From positions 1-28,685 of the forward strand of contig JBIIGV010000028.1 of NCBI GenBank assembly GCA_044236265.1: a stretch of 28,685 bases of DNA, given 5' to 3'. Positions 26,150 to 28,685 of the stretch are shown here, one piece after another. A program made the translations under genes and the position numbers. The DNA is from Oligoflexales bacterium (GTDB lineage Bacteria; Bdellovibrionota_B; Oligoflexia; Oligoflexales; RGVZ01). Below the pieces are notes generated by a model, which was not told the DNA's origin, made no database searches, and worked only from the letters and a program-made list of their open reading frames with translations. The first letter of the stretch is position 1. Each line of letters opens with the position of its first letter.

Positions 26150-26157
26150 TGATCTGA

Positions 26158-26778
26158 TTAGAGAGTCGTAATTTTGCCAAGGGCGACATCAACTTTTTCG
26201 ATGTCGCTCTTTTTCGTTTTGATAAATCGATCGACCATCAAGCCCCATCGGTCAGATAGATAAATACTCGGCAGTTCTGGATTTTTAAATGCCTTCAAAA
26301 GCTCGTTATTAGCCATGACTGCCTTGGCTGTAGTTTTATGCTCATTTAAGAAACCTGCGGCATCTTCTTTTGTATCGTGGGCGAAAACAAAGTAGATGTC
26401 CGTATTGTTAGCGGCGTACTTTCTTGCAAGCTGGTTGAATTCGCCCATGAGAACCTGACAGGGGTCGCACCAACTTGCGACAAATATGATGACCGCAGCC
26501 CGCCCCTTCTCTGGCTTAAATTCAATGAGCTCGCCCGAGCCGACCAAGGTAGCTTTGAAACCAGGAAATTTTGTGACTTTCCCTGGGTTATACTCCCTCT
26601 TGGGACCCTGCGGCACTTGCGGTTCGGCAGGGGCATCGCCATGTCCACCTCCGTGGGGATCTGCCTTTTTTTCTTCGGCGTGTCCGCCGCCATGAGCGTC
26701 AGCTTTCTTAGGTTCGCTGCTAGCGAATGCGACGCAGGAAAACATAAACGACAATGCTAGGCAGCAGTGAATTCGCAT
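26158..26778 (-). CDS. Exported TlpA-like thioredoxin-fold protein with His/Gly N-terminal repeat
   Basis: Signal ending AFA; FVASWCDPC (CxxC); ELPSIYL cis-Pro loop. Confidence 0.82.
   Translation of the reverse strand: MRIHCCLALSFMFSCVAFASSEPKKADAHGGGHAEEKKADPHGGGHGDAPAEPQVPQGPKREYNPGKVTKFPGFKATLVGSGELIEFKPEKGRAAVIIFVASWCDPCQVLMGEFNQLARKYAANNTDIYFVFAHDTKEDAAGFLNEHKTTAKAVMANNELLKAFKNPELPSIYLSDRWGLMVDRFIKTKKSDIEKVDVALGKITTL
26641..26709. repeat. Degenerate 30-bp direct repeat x2 (39-bp period), intragenic
   Basis: Encodes KKADAHGGGH-AEE-KKADPHGGGH on the minus strand; the copies differ mostly at synonymous sites. Confidence 0.75.
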
Positions 26779-26838
26779 GGTGGTGATATTCCTCTTGGTG
26801 TCTTATAATTAAGTCTACCATGAACTCTGCAAGCTGGT

Positions 26839-28065
26839 ATGACAATGGCAACTGACATCAAGAAAAAGTTATTGGATGAATGGACTTTTTCCTGGCCAAT
26901 TATGAATGTTCTGATTGGGGGCCGCTCCTCAATCGACCTGCCCGAAATTCAGATTGCGGGACTTGACGAGGCGACAACCTTCCTTAAAAGCTATGGGTAT
27001 GATCCTGATAAAACTCATGATGCACGTCTCATGCATGCCGCAATTTGTGAGGCGATTAGTTTTATTGAACGATGGTTAATGCCAAAAGAGTGGAAGGGGG
27101 GAAACCAACCCCCCGATGATGTGTTGCTATGCAGTGATGCCAGGAATCTTCTGTTGTGGGCCTGCGACCGAACGGCTGAAAATCAGCGGCGACGGATTTG
27201 GAGTTGCGCTGTTTTGCGAGTGATGCACACGATTGCTCATATCGAGGGTGCATTCCGGTACTCGTCTATTGATGTTGCCCGTGATGAAATCGTGGCGCGT
27301 ATCCAGTCTGTTGTTGCCCACGATGAGCGTGGTGATGCTTGGGTTCAATTTGATGACCAGCGCATCAGGTTGTACAAGCTTGAATGGAAAACACAAAAAT
27401 CGCGAGATTCGGTTCTTTTAAAGCTCCTGCATAAGCGAGCAAATGTGGCCGAGACCATTTACGACATGCTGGGCGTGCGTTTCATTGCAGAGCATCAGAG
27501 CGATGTCATGCAAATTGTAAAGCTACTGCAAAAAAGCCATGTGATTAGTTTTCCAAACGCCATTCCATCTCGCAGCCGAAACTCGATTATTGATCCTGAT
27601 GCTTTTTGTGCGCTCGTTGAGCAACTACGTTCAGATTATATGATGGGAAAACTCTCGAGTGAGGAATTTCAGATCCGCATGGAGTCCATGGAGCTTCCCC
27701 CGCCCGTAGTTGATAAAGAAAATCTCCACAGTGGAACGGAGTATCGTGCGATCCAAATGACCTGCCGGCAATTGATTCGCGCTCCAAGGCCATTGACGAC
27801 ACTTCGTAAAAGTTTGCAGAGCGAACTCGAGAAAATGCCACTTGGCAATGTGTTCTCTCGCCACATAGCAGAACTAGTGAGTGTACTGCGGAATATCTCC
27901 CGTCTTTCCGGTGATGATGAATTTTCATTTTTCCCATTTGAGATCCAGGTCATGGACAAAAGCGCTTGGAACATAAATACGACAGGAAAAGCGTCACATA
28001 CCAAGTACAAAAAATCGCAGCTGAGAGCAGCGCGTCGACGCGTGTTAAATGAAATTCTGACGTAG
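26839..28065 (+). CDS. TIGR04552/TIGR04562-like protein with RelA/SpoT-type synthetase motifs
   Basis: SSIDL..FLKSYGYD N-terminus; KSRDSVLLKLLHK, IYDMLGVRFI, YRAIQ, FPFEIQV and ASHTKYK. Confidence 0.75.
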   Translation: MTMATDIKKKLLDEWTFSWPIMNVLIGGRSSIDLPEIQIAGLDEATTFLKSYGYDPDKTHDARLMHAAICEAISFIERWLMPKEWKGGNQPPDDVLLCSDARNLLLWACDRTAENQRRRIWSCAVLRVMHTIAHIEGAFRYSSIDVARDEIVARIQSVVAHDERGDAWVQFDDQRIRLYKLEWKTQKSRDSVLLKLLHKRANVAETIYDMLGVRFIAEHQSDVMQIVKLLQKSHVISFPNAIPSRSRNSIIDPDAFCALVEQLRSDYMMGKLSSEEFQIRMESMELPPPVVDKENLHSGTEYRAIQMTCRQLIRAPRPLTTLRKSLQSELEKMPLGNVFSRHIAELVSVLRNISRLSGDDEFSFFPFEIQVMDKSAWNINTTGKASHTKYKKSQLRAARRRVLNEILT

Positions 28066-28067
28066 TG

Positions 28068-28529
28068 TCACGATAGTTTAATAAGTCTTTTAGCGTGTTC
28101 GTGGGAGACTGGTTGCACGCTTAAACGCTGCCCCGGGCGAAGGAGGGCCAACTCGCTCAGGTCGGGGATACCGCGGATCTCAGCGAGAGTGATTGGCTGT
28201 TTAAAGCGCTTTTTGACCTGCACATCCACCATGACCCAAGGGTTATTGCCTTTTTTTGCGGATTTCTCGTCATAATAGTCGCTGGAGGGGTCCATCGCGG
28301 TCGGATCGGGGTAGGCTTCTCGCACGACCTCTGCCAAGCCCATGATTGCAGGTTCTGCGCAAGATGAGTGATAAAAAAATACTTGATCGCCGATTTTGAA
28401 TTCGTCGCGCATGAAGTTTCGCGCTTGATAATTACGAACACCATCCCATGATCCAGTCTGCTTCGGCGCACGCTCCAAATCGTCCCAGCTGTAAGTGTCG
28501 GGTTCAGATTTCATCAACCAGTACTTCAA
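28068..28529 (-). CDS. EVE domain protein (THYN1-like)
   Basis: YWLMKSEP, WDGVRNYQARNFMRD, FFYHS, EAYPDPT and RLSVQPV; likely TTG 28529 after GAGGAG (track uses GTG 28541). Confidence 0.92.
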   Translation of the reverse strand: MKYWLMKSEPDTYSWDDLERAPKQTGSWDGVRNYQARNFMRDEFKIGDQVFFYHSSCAEPAIMGLAEVVREAYPDPTAMDPSSDYYDEKSAKKGNNPWVMVDVQVKKRFKQPITLAEIRGIPDLSELALLRPGQRLSVQPVSHEHAKRLIKLS

Positions 28530-28537
28530 TGGACTCC

Positions 28538-28684
28538 TCACACGTTCAGTGGATTTGACAGGGTGCCGGAACTGTCTAGTTCGAGATTTCTTGGCTCAGC
28601 CGAAAGTTTATAGCAAGTGGCTTTTAAGCTCCATCTGCCATCAGTGCCCCTTGAAATAGACGTTGCCCCCCCACCCTTGCGGGC
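28538..28684 (-). CDS. Possible 3' end of an upstream gene entering from the right edge
   Basis: 48 open codons (ARKGGGATSISRGTDGRWSLKATCYKLSAEPRNLELDSSGTLSNPLNV*) whose TGA overlaps the EVE Shine-Dalgarno. Confidence 0.4.
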   Translation of the reverse strand, partial: ARKGGGATSISRGTDGRWSLKATCYKLSAEPRNLELDSSGTLSNPLNV

Positions 28685-28685
28685 G

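Noticed and set aside
89..28471. Numerous short ORF-track entries antisense or out of frame within assigned genes (e.g. 1118-1468, 12577-12975, 22527-22994, 26377-26760)
   Set aside because: They are shadow ORFs of well-supported genes with no recognisable motifs.
28068..28529. EVE protein as part of modification-dependent restriction or of the exported DNA toolkit
   Set aside because: It is a stand-alone THYN1-like EVE with no nuclease partner or signal peptide, 13 kb from the trio.
28672..28685. Minus-strand CGCCC-GCAA-GGGTG GNRA hairpin suggesting a structured RNA
   Set aside because: It is only a 5-bp stem at the window edge and lies inside an open reading frame.

Overview
Gene-dense chromosomal window with moderate GC. 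I saw no rRNA, tRNA, CRISPR array or mobile element. The abundant exported hydrolases and lipoproteins, a GltF/CglF-like gliding protein and a TIGR04552/04562-like gene suggest a Bdellovibrionota/Oligoflexia-type (predatory or lytic) bacterium; this is inference. Left to right the window holds: a partial gene; an unannotated 53-aa membrane ORF; a cytochrome c maturation operon ccmABCDE-G with no ccmF/H (ccmD is missed by the ORF track); eutBC divergent from an exported lysophospholipase-like hydrolase and a PmtA-like methyltransferase; an outer-membrane barrel plus papain-family lipoprotein behind a sigma28-like promoter; three adjacent exported nucleic-acid enzymes; lysS, a TatD-family gene, an M28 peptidase, tcdA and tyrS; a caspase + vWA lipoprotein pair; a TolB-like propeller and a His/Gly-repeat protein; a GltF-like gene; a TlpA-like thioredoxin; a divergent RelA/SpoT-fold protein; and an EVE protein. 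The best candidate for an undescribed system is the trio at 10535-14879: a signal-peptide NADAR, an 825-aa lipoprotein with tandem uracil-DNA-glycosylase-like domains, and a DNase I/AP-endonuclease-fold EEP. It resembles a base-excision toolkit rerouted out of the cytoplasm. All family calls come from reading motifs by eye; no searches were run.
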